Of a stretch of 64,000 nt of DNA, positions 9,498 to 19,114 are shown in pieces (positions within the stretch are counted from its first letter, which is position 1; every line of letters begins with the position of its first letter). Origin of the DNA: Myxococcota bacterium (GTDB lineage Bacteria > Myxococcota_A > Polyangia > Polyangiales > Sandaracinaceae); assembly GCA_036149055.1 (NCBI GenBank), contig JAYZQJ010000009.1, positions 38,436 through 102,435 of the forward strand, in the 5' to 3' direction. The position numbers and the translations under genes were made by a program. Below the pieces are notes generated by a model that made no database searches, was not told the DNA's origin, and saw nothing but the letters and a program-made list of their open reading frames with translations.

Positions 9498-10757
9498 ATG
9501 TTGACCATTCTGCATCTCGGTTGGGCCGACGTGGACCCCGCGACGAACCCCTACGACCCGGAGCGCATCGCGGCGGTCGTCGACTCCGCGCTCCCCGCCA
9601 CCGCCGTCCAGCCGCCGAAGCGGGACGAGAAGCGCAAGCGCCTCCAGGATGACGTCGGCCGCTCCCTCCTTGCCTCCGAGGCTCCCTGGATCTCCGGGTG
9701 GCAGTGGTCGGTCGGCGGGGGCGGCATCGCCGACGGATACTGTTGTCCGGGGCACAGCCTGCGCGGCAGCCCGGAGGAGATGCGCGGCCTGATCCTCGGT
9801 GGCGTCTCCAGCCTTCGGAGCCGGCTCGAGGAGCTCGCGCGCCGGTTCGAGCAGTGGGACGACGAGGTGGAGGGCCTCGACGAGGGCGCCGCCGCGCGCC
9901 GGATCGCGCCCCGCCTCCTCCCGCTTGCGGTCGAGTGGACCCGCGAGGAGGACGCCTGGTACAGGAGCTTCGAGCGCATGCTCGCGTGGGCGCTCGAGCG
10001 CCGCGGGATCGCGCCGCCGGTGGCCGAGGTGCTGGTGCGCGAGGCGATCGGCGGCCGCTTCGAGAGCTGGAGCGGGCCGGCCGACGTCACCGCGCGCGCC
10101 GTGTTCGACGACCTCGCCACGCTGACGCGCGAACGCCGCGAGCGCCCGCCGGTCGACGCGCTCGCCGCCTGGCTCTCCGCGCGGGGCCACGTCCGCTGGG
10201 ACCGAGCGCGGCACTACGACCCGGACCCGGTCCGGCGCGACGGCCACCGCCGGTTCATCGAGGAGACGGATCGCGCACGGGACCCCGCGCGCGCGGATGA
10301 CCTCCTGGCGGCGCTCTCCGCGGCGCGCGCCGACGCCCGCGCCGGACGCCCGCTCACCCTCGAGCGCCTGACCCGGTGGCAGAGCCTCGTGCTCGGCGAG
10401 CCGGTCGCCTTCCGCACCGAGGTCGCCTTCGCCCACGGCGGCGCCGAGCGCTACGGCCTCGAGCCCGACACCGAGCCCCGCTTCGCCGCCTGCCTCGAGC
10501 AGGCCAACGGCGCCGACGCGACCCCGACCGCGCGCGCTGCGCGCGCCTACCTCGACGTCTGCTTCTTCCACCCCTTCCCCGATGGCAACGCCCGCGCCGC
10601 CCGCCTCGCCCTCGACTACGTGCTGACCCGCGCCGGCCTCGCGCTGCACGCCGCCGCCCCCGTCTTCGTCGTCGCCCGTCGCGCCGACGACCACCTCGGC
10701 CCCTACGGCTTCATGCTCACCATCGACTACCTGAGCGGCCCGATCGGCTGGCGCTGA
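9498..10757 (+). CDS. Fic-family protein with long N-terminal extension
   Basis: YLDVCFFHPFPDGNARAARL near the C-terminus; start uncertain. Confidence 0.85.
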   Translation: MLTILHLGWADVDPATNPYDPERIAAVVDSALPATAVQPPKRDEKRKRLQDDVGRSLLASEAPWISGWQWSVGGGGIADGYCCPGHSLRGSPEEMRGLILGGVSSLRSRLEELARRFEQWDDEVEGLDEGAAARRIAPRLLPLAVEWTREEDAWYRSFERMLAWALERRGIAPPVAEVLVREAIGGRFESWSGPADVTARAVFDDLATLTRERRERPPVDALAAWLSARGHVRWDRARHYDPDPVRRDGHRRFIEETDRARDPARADDLLAALSAARADARAGRPLTLERLTRWQSLVLGEPVAFRTEVAFAHGGAERYGLEPDTEPRFAACLEQANGADATPTARAARAYLDVCFFHPFPDGNARAARLALDYVLTRAGLALHAAAPVFVVARRADDHLGPYGFMLTIDYLSGPIGWR

Positions 10758-10774
10758 CGAGCCCCGCGTCGTCG

Positions 10775-11266
10775 TCAGCCGGAGCTCGCGAGTCGCTGAA
10801 GCTGACGCTCCACCTCCACCCACGGCAGCCGTCGCCCGCTCGCCTTCATCTTCGCGTAGGCCGTCCGGAGCTGCGGCGTGCTGACCACCCCGGCGCGGAC
10901 GAGGCGCTCGGCGACCCACAGGGTTCCGTGGACTTCGACGCCCTCGGCCCGTGCCGCGCTCCTCAGGCTGCGATCGCCCGTGAGCAGCGGGCAGCTCTCC
11001 TGCTCCGCGGCGGCCAGGGCGGCGAGGTCCAGTCGACTCGGTTTGCGATATTTTGCGGCGAGCTCGACCGCGCGGGCGATGGTCCCGGCGGAGAGCTCGA
11101 CGAGGACGAGGCCGTGGTCGAGGAGGTGAGCGTGCTCGTCTCTCAGCTCATCCTCGAACAGCAGGTCTGGAACGCCCACGGATTCGGGGAGACGAAACAG
11201 CGCCTGCAGCAGGCCGCCATCCTCGAAGTCGATGAAGATGTTCGTGTCACTGATGAGCAGCGCCAC
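10775..11266 (-). CDS. PIN-domain protein
   Basis: LLISDTNIFID...LSRLDLAALA-like helix (PSRLDLAALA)...LLTGDRSLR...GVEVHGTLW. Confidence 0.8.
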   Translation of the reverse strand: MALLISDTNIFIDFEDGGLLQALFRLPESVGVPDLLFEDELRDEHAHLLDHGLVLVELSAGTIARAVELAAKYRKPSRLDLAALAAAEQESCPLLTGDRSLRSAARAEGVEVHGTLWVAERLVRAGVVSTPQLRTAYAKMKASGRRLPWVEVERQLQRLASSG

Positions 11267-12314
11267 GCGGGCCCTCGAAGCCTAGGCGACGACGGAACGC
11301 GGTGACGGGCATACCCATCAGCTCCGCGGCCTTGCTCGTCGAGATCAGCTCCTCGGCGAGAGCGTGGAGCACCAGCCGCTCGAACAGCTTCGGTGTCTCG
11401 GGCGGGACTGGCTCGCCGGGCTCTCGCTTGCGCCATCCCTTCGCCGAGAAGAGCCGGAAGAGCTTCGTCTTGGTCGCGCCGGTGATGACGGAGGCGTCGG
11501 CGGCGCGGAACACCCACGCCATCATGCTCACCCCATACTCGTGCTTCAGCGCGTGCAGCTCGCGGGGCTCGAGACGGTTGCGGTGCGACCCGAGCTCGTG
11601 GCGCACGGTCGGCTCCGGCACGAGGAAGGCGCCCGCGAAGCGATCGCACGCCTTCTCCTCGTCCAGGTCCGGGCCCAGCCGAGCGCCGAGCACGAGATGT
11701 CCCAGCTCGTGCGCCATCGTGAAGCGCTGTCGATCGCCGGGCCACGCGGAGCCGACGACCACCACGGGCAAGTCGCCGACCCTCGCCGCGAGCCCGTCGA
11801 ACTTGGCCGAGGCGTCGGCGTCGGTGGTGAGCACCACCAGCCCGCGCTCCTCGAGGGTGTCGGCGAGGGAGGGGATGGCGTTGTGACCGAGATGCCAGGC
11901 CTCGCGCATGGCGAGCGCCGCGGCCTCGATCTGCGCGAGGCTCTCGATGCGCCGCGGCACCGTGCTCGGAACCTCGAAGCGCGCGACCGGCGGCGTCGGG
12001 AAGAGCGCCACGAGCTCCACGAATCGCTCGACCTGATCGAGAATGTCGGCCTCGATCCGAGCCAGCTGCTTCTTCGAGATCGACGCGCGCTTTCGATACT
12101 CGGGCTCTTCGAGCTCGACGGTGGTCGGGCGGAGAAAGAACTCGGTCCGCGTGCCGAGCGCACGCGCCAGGCGGATCAGGCTCTTGGAGGACGGGTGGGC
12201 GAGCCCGCGCTCGAACTTCGAGATCGCCATCGCGCTCAGCTCCGCCCGATCGGCGAGCTCTCGCTGCGAGAGCCCCGCGGCGGCGCGCGCCCGTTTGATT
12301 CGTTCGCCCATCAT
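11247..12314 (-). CDS. XRE HTH fused to ImmA/IrrE (M78) metallopeptidase
   Basis: GERIKRARAAAGLSQRELA; RQRFTMAHELGH (HExxH); EKACDRFAGAFLVP. Confidence 0.92.
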   Translation of the reverse strand: MMGERIKRARAAAGLSQRELADRAELSAMAISKFERGLAHPSSKSLIRLARALGTRTEFFLRPTTVELEEPEYRKRASISKKQLARIEADILDQVERFVELVALFPTPPVARFEVPSTVPRRIESLAQIEAAALAMREAWHLGHNAIPSLADTLEERGLVVLTTDADASAKFDGLAARVGDLPVVVVGSAWPGDRQRFTMAHELGHLVLGARLGPDLDEEKACDRFAGAFLVPEPTVRHELGSHRNRLEPRELHALKHEYGVSMMAWVFRAADASVITGATKTKLFRLFSAKGWRKREPGEPVPPETPKLFERLVLHALAEELISTSKAAELMGMPVTAFRRRLGFEGPRGAAHQ

Positions 12315-12315
12315 C

Positions 12316-12354
12316 GGTTTACAGATTCCCAGGGAGGTCCCTTCAACGTAAACC
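12316..12354. promoter_or_regulatory. Inverted repeat, candidate autoregulatory operator of XRE-IrrE
   Basis: GGTTTAC-N25-GTAAACC directly abutting the start codon. Confidence 0.45.
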
Positions 12355-12369
12355 AGCGCTGGCCGGGGC

Positions 12370-12942
12370 TCAATCGCTGGGCGACCCTTGGCGGTCCGCC
12401 GTCGCCCGAGCGCGGGCGAGGGCCTCGTCCAGGTCGACGACCAGCGCGTCGACGTCCTGCGAGGCGCCGGTCGCCAGCAGGTGGTGGGCGTACCCGTCGG
12501 TTTGGAGCACCGCCGATTCGGACTCGGACCGGGTCTTCACCAGCCGCGCGACGTCGAGCCGACAGGAGAGGCGCGACCCGAGCACCCGGTCTTTGTAGAC
12601 CACCTTCTTCGGCCCGATGCGCAGGCGCTCCTCCGCGAGGGGCCACTGCATCACGACGATCGCGATCAGCATGCCGACCGGGAGGAGGACCCGGAGGCCG
12701 ACCATCGAGCCCAGGCAGACGGCGGCCAGCGCGACCGGGAACACGAGCAGGAGCCCCCAGCCGCTCGCGACGCGGGCGCGGCGATACTCCGTGGTCGCGC
12801 CGTCCGTCCGGAGCCTCCGCCACCCGGTCCGCGCGCTCTCGCCGGGCGGCGCACGGAGCGGTCCCGCGGCCGACGTCATCGTCGCCACCACTCCGCGCCG
12901 CGCCTGCTCCGGCTCCACGCCGGTTGGGATATCGGCGGACAT
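12370..12942 (-). CDS. Hypothetical membrane protein (2 TM)
   Basis: ORF with hydrophobic pair WGLLLVFPVALAAV / VLLPVGMLIAIVVM. Confidence 0.6.
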   Translation of the reverse strand: MSADIPTGVEPEQARRGVVATMTSAAGPLRAPPGESARTGWRRLRTDGATTEYRRARVASGWGLLLVFPVALAAVCLGSMVGLRVLLPVGMLIAIVVMQWPLAEERLRIGPKKVVYKDRVLGSRLSCRLDVARLVKTRSESESAVLQTDGYAHHLLATGASQDVDALVVDLDEALARARATADRQGSPSD

Positions 12943-12985
12943 CAGGGGAACTACATTCCTCCGGCCATCGAGGCCACGCCGGCTC

Positions 12986-13034
12986 GGGGGGGACGGAGTG
13001 AACTTGTGAACTTACGTAGTCCGAACGACTACAG
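12986..13034 (+). repeat. Dispersed intergenic repeat, copy 2
   Basis: GGGGGGGACGGAGTGAACTTGTGAACTTACGTAGTCCGAACGACTACAG. Confidence 0.85.
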
Positions 13035-13042
13035 CCCCGCGC

Positions 13043-13714
13043 TCACTTGATCACCAGGCCCAGCGAGCGCAGGCGCGCGGTCTCCATCGCGTAGAGGTGG
13101 TCGCTCACCGGATGATCCTCGGCGGGCGTCCACTCGACCTCGAGGGAGAGCAGCAGGTCGTTCGCCGCGAGCACCGGCTCGGGCACCGGGCGTGCGTAGG
13201 CGGTCAGCGCGGGCGGCCCGAGCTCCCCGGGGTGGGCGGCCCGCGGTTGGATCGGCGCGCCGCGGGCGGCGGCTTCGTGTTCCTCGCGGGGGCGCCCGGG
13301 CCACATGCTCGACACGCTCGCGCAGACCCAGCCCGGCGCCTCGCTCACGCACACCGTCGTGCCGGGGCTGTCCACGTCGCTCGGGACCACATCGACCAGC
13401 GGCGGCGCGGAAAGCAGCCGGAGCCCGAGGAACCGGGCGTGGAGCGCCTCGGCGTCCGGAACCCGCCCGGCCTGGAGCGCGCCGGCAGAGCAACGATACA
13501 CCCGGCCGTCCGCGAGCAAGAGGAGCAGCGGGCAGCGCTCTCCGCCCGAGGTCGCCACCACCAGCGGCCGCGGCGAGGGCGGCGGCTCCGGCACCGTGAA
13601 CGCCGCGTTCTGGGCCGGCGGCTCCCAATCGAGGTTCGGGACCGGGGGCTCCTTCATCACCGAAGGCGAGCCCGGTTGGCAGGCCGTCGCGAGGAGCAAC
13701 GCGAGCGCCGACAT
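13043..13714 (-). CDS. Hypothetical lipoprotein
   Basis: MSALALLLATAC lipobox-like; start uncertain. Confidence 0.5.
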   Translation of the reverse strand: MSALALLLATACQPGSPSVMKEPPVPNLDWEPPAQNAAFTVPEPPPSPRPLVVATSGGERCPLLLLLADGRVYRCSAGALQAGRVPDAEALHARFLGLRLLSAPPLVDVVPSDVDSPGTTVCVSEAPGWVCASVSSMWPGRPREEHEAAARGAPIQPRAAHPGELGPPALTAYARPVPEPVLAANDLLLSLEVEWTPAEDHPVSDHLYAMETARLRSLGLVIK

Positions 13715-14046
13715 TCGATGCGTCACGTGCGATCGCCCGCCTCGCCACGCTCGGGGTCGAGGGGCGCCGGCGCGCTCGTGGGCACTCGTCGAGCGACCCC
13801 TGTCGGTTGGCGCTGTGAAGAGTTGGACCCACTGAAGCATCGGCATCGCTCTGCTGACGGTCGGCTATGGCGCCCGGTGTTGGAAGGGAAGTCTCGCGGT
13901 CACGGAGAGCGACGAGATGCCTGCGCGCGTGCGGCCGACGATCAATCTCCGCAGTATCAGGGCACGGTCGCCTATCGGTCCCTCTGCGTCGACCACTGAA
14001 GGGAGAGAGAACGAGAACCGAGCCCCGACCGCGCTGTCGGACGGGC

Positions 14047-14814
14047 GTGGCTGCCACCCGTCGACGCGCCGAGCTCGGTCTCACGATGCTGGCGCTCGCG
14101 CTCTACGCCGGTATCGGAGCGCAGTGGGCCGTGGCCCAGCGGCCGTGGGGCTCCTACACCTGGGCGCCTGCGCTGCCGATCTGGGTCGCGGGCATCCTCC
14201 CCTGGCTGATCCTCGGGTGGCTCGCGCTGCGGCGACATCGCCACGCGCCGTGGCTCGCGCTGGGGGCCTGTGCCGCGTCGTTGCCCTGCGGCGTGTCCCG
14301 CTGCCCCACCTTCTTCTGGGCCCCGCTCTACGGCGGGCCCGCGCTGCACCGCCTCGCGCTCTTCGCCCCCGTCTTGGCCGCGCTCTCGCTGGTCGCCGCG
14401 GAGCGGCTCCGCCGTGAGCGCGTGCACTGGCGGGGGCGGGTCTCGCGCGTCGCCTGCGGCGCGCTCCTGGTGTGGACCCCGCTGTACCTCTACCTCGCGG
14501 TGCACGGCTTCTTCTGGGGCGAGAGCTGGTGGCACGCGCCGGGCGCGTTGCCGGCGCTCCTCCCGGTCGTCGTCGGGCTGACGGGGATGCTCCGCGACAG
14601 GACGTGGAGCCTCGCCGTGATGGCCGCCGCGGTGCCGCTCGCGCTCCTCGTCGTCGCGCCGGAGGCTCGCCCCTCGTGCACCGGTCCGCTCGGTCACCCC
14701 TTCGCGTGCGGCTGGGGGCGAGAGCTCGTCGCGGGGGGCGCGGCCCTCGCCGTCGCGCCGTGGCTCCGCCCCGCGTGGCGAGCCTGGAGACGGCCGCTCA
14801 ACCGGCGAGCGTGA
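14047..14814 (+). CDS. Hypothetical multi-pass membrane protein
   Basis: Many Trp/Leu-rich hydrophobic segments; start uncertain. Confidence 0.6.
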   Translation: MAATRRRAELGLTMLALALYAGIGAQWAVAQRPWGSYTWAPALPIWVAGILPWLILGWLALRRHRHAPWLALGACAASLPCGVSRCPTFFWAPLYGGPALHRLALFAPVLAALSLVAAERLRRERVHWRGRVSRVACGALLVWTPLYLYLAVHGFFWGESWWHAPGALPALLPVVVGLTGMLRDRTWSLAVMAAAVPLALLVVAPEARPSCTGPLGHPFACGWGRELVAGGAALAVAPWLRPAWRAWRRPLNRRA

Positions 14815-15172
14815 AGACCGGCAGATAGAACGCGAAGAGCGCCGCCCCCGTGTTGCCGACGAGCAGCGCCACGCCGATCGCCACGAACCACAGCAGCCCT
14901 CGCGGCTCGGCCCGGCTGCTGGAGAGCGCGGCGAGCCCCACCACTCCCGCCGCGAGCGCCGGGAAGATGAAGTACGGCCACGCGCCGTACACCCACGCGC
15001 GGGTCCACATCGGGAGCGCGTCTCGTCCGCCGAAGTCATCGAACATGGCGCCGAACGCGGGCGCCGCGCCGAGCCGGAGCGTCAGCGACTCGAGCCCGAC
15101 CGCGACGAAGAACACGAGCGACACGACGACCGCGGACCTCGGAGAAACACGGTGATCTCGGCTCGCCGTCAC
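14798..15172 (-). CDS. Small membrane protein (3 TM)
   Basis: PAFGAMFDDFGGRDALPMWT...FAFYLPVFTL resembles the end of PilC/GspF proteins; TAGACT 6 nt before GTG. Confidence 0.65.
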   Translation of the reverse strand: MTASRDHRVSPRSAVVVSLVFFVAVGLESLTLRLGAAPAFGAMFDDFGGRDALPMWTRAWVYGAWPYFIFPALAAGVVGLAALSSSRAEPRGLLWFVAIGVALLVGNTGAALFAFYLPVFTLAG

Positions 15173-15212
15173 GGCCGCAGTCTACAGCGCGCCGGTGCTG
15201 TACGGTCTCGGC

Positions 15213-15509
15213 ATGAAGCGAGACCCCATGCCCCTCGAGCCCCCGCCCGCCGTCGACACTGCCGAGTGGGCCGCCGAGCTGGTCCGCCTGTGGGCCGCCG
15301 AGGGGCGGCTGCACACGGCGATTCGCTGGGACTACTTCGCGGAGGCAGGCCACTGGGGCGTCGCGCTCGTCGACTTCGCGCGACACGTCGCCAGGGCGTA
15401 CGCAGAGGGAGCCGGCCGCGACCCCGGCGTGGTGATGCAGGAGATTCGCGACGCGTTCGACGCCGAGTGGGAGAGACCGACGGATCTCGGCACCGGCGGG
15501 CTTCGATAG
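15213..15509 (+). CDS. DUF5076-like protein
   Basis: ELVRLWAA...WGVALVDFARHVARAY...IRDAFDAEWERPTD. Confidence 0.7.
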   Translation: MKRDPMPLEPPPAVDTAEWAAELVRLWAAEGRLHTAIRWDYFAEAGHWGVALVDFARHVARAYAEGAGRDPGVVMQEIRDAFDAEWERPTDLGTGGLR

Positions 15510-15994
15510 TCGCGGCGGCTCGAAAAATCGCTCTCGAGAACGCTCGCCGAGCGCCGTCGCCCGCGAAACGCCGACGACAGCGTCCTGGACGGGTGGCCTG
15601 ACAGAATGTCGTGGCCGGCGGCGGTTTTTGCGACGGCGGCTTCGCAGATTGAGACGCCATCTCAACTGCGACGGAAAAACTGACAGAATGTCAAACGGTC
15701 GACGATTTCCGCGGAGAAACTCACGCGGATCTCGAACTTCAGCCTTCGGGACGCACGGACTGACAAAAAGGCGAACCCTCAGACATCTGCGGGCGTGGAC
15801 TCACGCAGAACGTTGCCGGAACAGATCTGGCGCAGAACCAGCCTGTCCGGACGGCGGCAACGGACTCGAGCAGCGCCCCGCGCTCCACCGAGGCCCCCGA
15901 CATCGTCACGCGAGGGGAGCCCCGACCGCGAACGTCGGCTAGCGTTGGGGCGCGGGCACTGGCCGATTCAGCTCGCCGCTCCATACCGGAACCC

Positions 15995-17698
15995 ATGACC
16001 CGTCACGCTGCCACTGCCTCTCCGCTCGGATCGGCGCTCGAGCACCTCGCCGAGCAGGCCGACTACTCTCTGCTGGAGTCGCTGAACGCGGATCCGGACT
16101 CCACGGACAGCGGGGAGGACCACGCTCCGAGGCAGGTCTTCTCGGGGCACTACGTGCCGGTCGCGCCGACGCCCATCGGCGACCCCGAGTACGTCGCACA
16201 CAGCCCCACGCTGTTCGCCGAGCTCGGGCTCGCAGACGAGCTGGCCCGCCGCGACGACTTCATGCGCTTCTTCTCGGGGGACCTGTCCGCGGCCCCCGCG
16301 CCGCTCCGGCGTCACGGGTGGGCGACCGGCTACGCGCTGTCCATCTACGGGCGCGAGTACACCCAGCAGTGCCCGTTCGGGACCGGCAACGGCTATGGCG
16401 ACGGGCGCGCGCTCTCGGTGCTCGAGGGTCGCTTCCGCGGGCGGCGCTGGGAGATGCAGCTCAAGGGCGCGGGGCGCACGCCGTATTGCAGGGGCGGCGA
16501 CGGGCGGGCCGTGCTGCGGTCCAGCGTCCGGGAGTTCCTCGCGCAGGAGCACATGCACGCCCTGGGCGTGCCGACGTCGCGCTCGCTGAGCCTGTACGTC
16601 TCCCGGTCCGAGAAGGTCCGGCGACCCTGGTACGCCGAGAGCTCGTCGTCCGTCGACCCCGACCGGTGGGTCCTCGAGCCGGTCGCGATCTCCACCCGCG
16701 TCGCGCCGTCGTTCCTCCGGGTGGGTCAGCTCGAGCTGTTCGCCCGGCGCGCTCGCGAGCGGGCGCACGCTGCGGCCGTGGAGGAGCTGGAGCTGTTGCT
16801 GAGGCACATCGTCGAGCGCGAGTACCGGCCGGAGATCCCGGCGGACCTCGAGCTGGCGGCGCAGCTGGTCGGGCTCGCGCGAGCGTTCCGCGGGCGCCTG
16901 ATCTCGCTGGTCGCCCACTGGATCCGCGTCGGGTACTGCCAGGGCAACTTCAACAGCGACAACACGGCGCTCGGCGGGTTCACGCTCGACTACGGTCCCT
17001 TCGGGTTCATGGAGCTGTTCGACCCGGAGTACCAGCCGTGGACCGGAGGGGGCTGGCACTTCTCCTTCTTCAACCAGCCGGCCGCCGCGCAAAAGAACTT
17101 CGAGACGTTCTGTGCGGCCCTGCGGACGTGGCCCGGCTTCGACGAGGCCCAGCTCGGGGAGCTCGACGAGATTCGACGCGGCTTCGCCGACGCGATGGCG
17201 GAGGAGCTCGCTCGCATGTGGGCGAGCAAGCTGGGGCTGACGTCGGCCGAGCCCGGGCTGGTGCGACGGCTGTTCGCGCTCATGCAGCAGACGGGCGTCG
17301 ACTACACGATCTTCTTCCGCGCGCTCTCCGAGCTGCCCGACACCCTCGAGCCGCTGCGAGCGAGCTTCTACCCGGCGGAGGTGCGGGAAGGCGATCCGGT
17401 CGACGAGGCCGCCTGGGTCGCCTGGCTCGACGACTGGCGCGCGGCCGTGCGAAGCGAAGCGCGTGAGCGCGCCGAGATCATCGCCGGGATGAAGGCGGTC
17501 AACCCGAAGCTCATCCTGCGAGAGTGGCAGCTCGTGCCCGCGTACCAGCGCGCGGCGAGCGGCGACTACGACGGCGTCCGCAGCCTGCAGCGAGCCATGA
17601 CGCAGCCCTACGCAGACCAGGACAGCCCCTTCGACGCGCTCAAGCCGTCGAGCGCGTTCGGCACGGGCGGCGTCTCGCACATGAGCTGCTCGTCGTGA
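15995..17698 (+). CDS. selO: Protein adenylyltransferase SelO (YdiU family)
   Basis: [58 protein letters not shown]-terminal SCSS. Confidence 0.93.
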   Translation: MTRHAATASPLGSALEHLAEQADYSLLESLNADPDSTDSGEDHAPRQVFSGHYVPVAPTPIGDPEYVAHSPTLFAELGLADELARRDDFMRFFSGDLSAAPAPLRRHGWATGYALSIYGREYTQQCPFGTGNGYGDGRALSVLEGRFRGRRWEMQLKGAGRTPYCRGGDGRAVLRSSVREFLAQEHMHALGVPTSRSLSLYVSRSEKVRRPWYAESSSSVDPDRWVLEPVAISTRVAPSFLRVGQLELFARRARERAHAAAVEELELLLRHIVEREYRPEIPADLELAAQLVGLARAFRGRLISLVAHWIRVGYCQGNFNSDNTALGGFTLDYGPFGFMELFDPEYQPWTGGGWHFSFFNQPAAAQKNFETFCAALRTWPGFDEAQLGELDEIRRGFADAMAEELARMWASKLGLTSAEPGLVRRLFALMQQTGVDYTIFFRALSELPDTLEPLRASFYPAEVREGDPVDEAAWVAWLDDWRAAVRSEARERAEIIAGMKAVNPKLILREWQLVPAYQRAASGDYDGVRSLQRAMTQPYADQDSPFDALKPSSAFGTGGVSHMSCSS

Positions 17699-17747
17699 TC
17701 GGGCTCGCTCGCGACGTCGGCGCTCGGATGGCGCGCTCTCTCGGGCG

Positions 17748-18224
17748 ATGCTGAGCCTCGACGAGGCGCGAGCGATCGCGGACGCGTACGCAGCGCGTAC
17801 CGGCGCGGCGTGGTTCGAGCCTGGCTTGTCGGAGCGGGAGCGTTACTGGGTCGCCCGCGTCGGCTTCATCGGGTCGATGGGGATCGTGATCGACAAGGCC
17901 GACGGGAAGCTCACCGTCCTCGGCTCCGCCTTCCGACTGCAAGACTGGCTCTGGGCGTACGAGAGCGGGTTCCTCGAACGCGATGCGACCCTGCGGGTCC
18001 TCGCGGTCCACGACGAAGAGAAGGCCGTCGAGCTGCTCCGCCAGGTCACCCCCGAAGGTCCCCCCGCGACCCGCAACCCCTGGCCCCGCCGATCCTGGGT
18101 CCGCGAGCGCCTCTCCGACCTGCCCGCCGAGCTCGAGTGGAGCTTCCACGTCGCGATGTTGCCCCTCCTGCGCCAGGCCATCGCCGAGCGGTGGCTGGAG
18201 CTCGAGGTGGTCGCGCCGGAGTAG
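17748..18224 (+). CDS. Hypothetical protein with YrhB/Imm35-like N-terminus
   Basis: MLSLDEARAIA...GIVIDKADGKLTVLGSA. Confidence 0.55.
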   Translation: MLSLDEARAIADAYAARTGAAWFEPGLSERERYWVARVGFIGSMGIVIDKADGKLTVLGSAFRLQDWLWAYESGFLERDATLRVLAVHDEEKAVELLRQVTPEGPPATRNPWPRRSWVRERLSDLPAELEWSFHVAMLPLLRQAIAERWLELEVVAPE

Positions 18225-18326
18225 GCGCGGGGGAGGTCGCCTCCCGCTCGGAGCTCGGCTGCGATTTGGAAGCCTGAGGGGAACCGATCGGGGGTCGGAG
18301 AGCCCGTGGTGCTGCATAGTCTCGAC

Positions 18327-19019
18327 ATGAGCTTCGACCTGATCGTCCTGGACTCGCCTCAGCCTCTCGACGCGCGGAGAGCGGCTGAGGTGTACGAGCG
18401 CACCGTCGATGGCGAGGCAGAGGAGCTGCGGACCGACCGGGGTCGGACGAAGGCCATCGTGGAGGCTCTCCTCGCGCGGCACACCAACCTCGCAGCTGAA
18501 GCCGAGGAGGGCGAGAGCCCTTTCGCGAGCACCTTGCCCCTCGACCCCCGCCCCGACCTGGTCGAGGTGACGATGTCGTGGGGGAGATACGCTGCGGTCT
18601 CCGCCGACGTCGTCGCGCTCGCGCTGACCCACGAGCTGACGGTCTACGACCCCCAGGCCTTCATCACCTACGCGCCCGTCACGCTCTCGGGGCCGTCACG
18701 GGCGACCGTCGAGTCGCCCTGGCTGCTCGAGACGGTTCACGCACACCAGCCGCTCATCGGGGATCTCGTCGCCAGGCTCGCCCGAGAGGCGCGCAACCCG
18801 TTCTGCATCGTGTCGATCGGTGACTCGTTCATGCAGACGATCAACGCGAACAACGGCGACGCCTCGCGCCCGCTGCGGATCGAACACCGCCTCGACGACG
18901 GGGAGCACATGCACCTGGCCGACCCCGTGGAGGCGGAGACGGTGACCCACGCCCTCGTCTCCTTCGCGGCGGGGGACGACGCCTGGCGAAGGCTGCCCTG
19001 GGAACCGCTGCTGCTCTGA
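18327..19019 (+). CDS. Hypothetical protein
   Basis: MSFDLIV...ALTHELTVYDPQ...SFAAGDDAWRRLPWE; CATAGT 6 nt before ATG. Confidence 0.65.
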   Translation: MSFDLIVLDSPQPLDARRAAEVYERTVDGEAEELRTDRGRTKAIVEALLARHTNLAAEAEEGESPFASTLPLDPRPDLVEVTMSWGRYAAVSADVVALALTHELTVYDPQAFITYAPVTLSGPSRATVESPWLLETVHAHQPLIGDLVARLAREARNPFCIVSIGDSFMQTINANNGDASRPLRIEHRLDDGEHMHLADPVEAETVTHALVSFAAGDDAWRRLPWEPLLL

Positions 19020-19114
19020 CGAGGCGTCCCGTTCGCTCGCGTATCCCCGCTGTCGCGCGGCTACCTCCTGCGGTCATCCGCGGAGCACGAACGGGAGCTG
19101 GCCGGGTTCACGTG

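Noticed and set aside
7974..13034. Dispersed repeats or the 63-bp tandem repeats as a CRISPR array
   Set aside because: No regular repeat-spacer period, the 63-bp units are in-frame coding, and there are no cas genes
17680..17750. Selenocysteine read-through at the selO TGA
   Set aside because: The protein already ends in the normal CSS, with Cys at the position where Sec occurs in selenoprotein forms
19027..19096. Imperfect TCCCGTTCG...CGAACGGGA hairpin between convergent genes
   Set aside because: Single copy here; most simply a terminator or decayed REP
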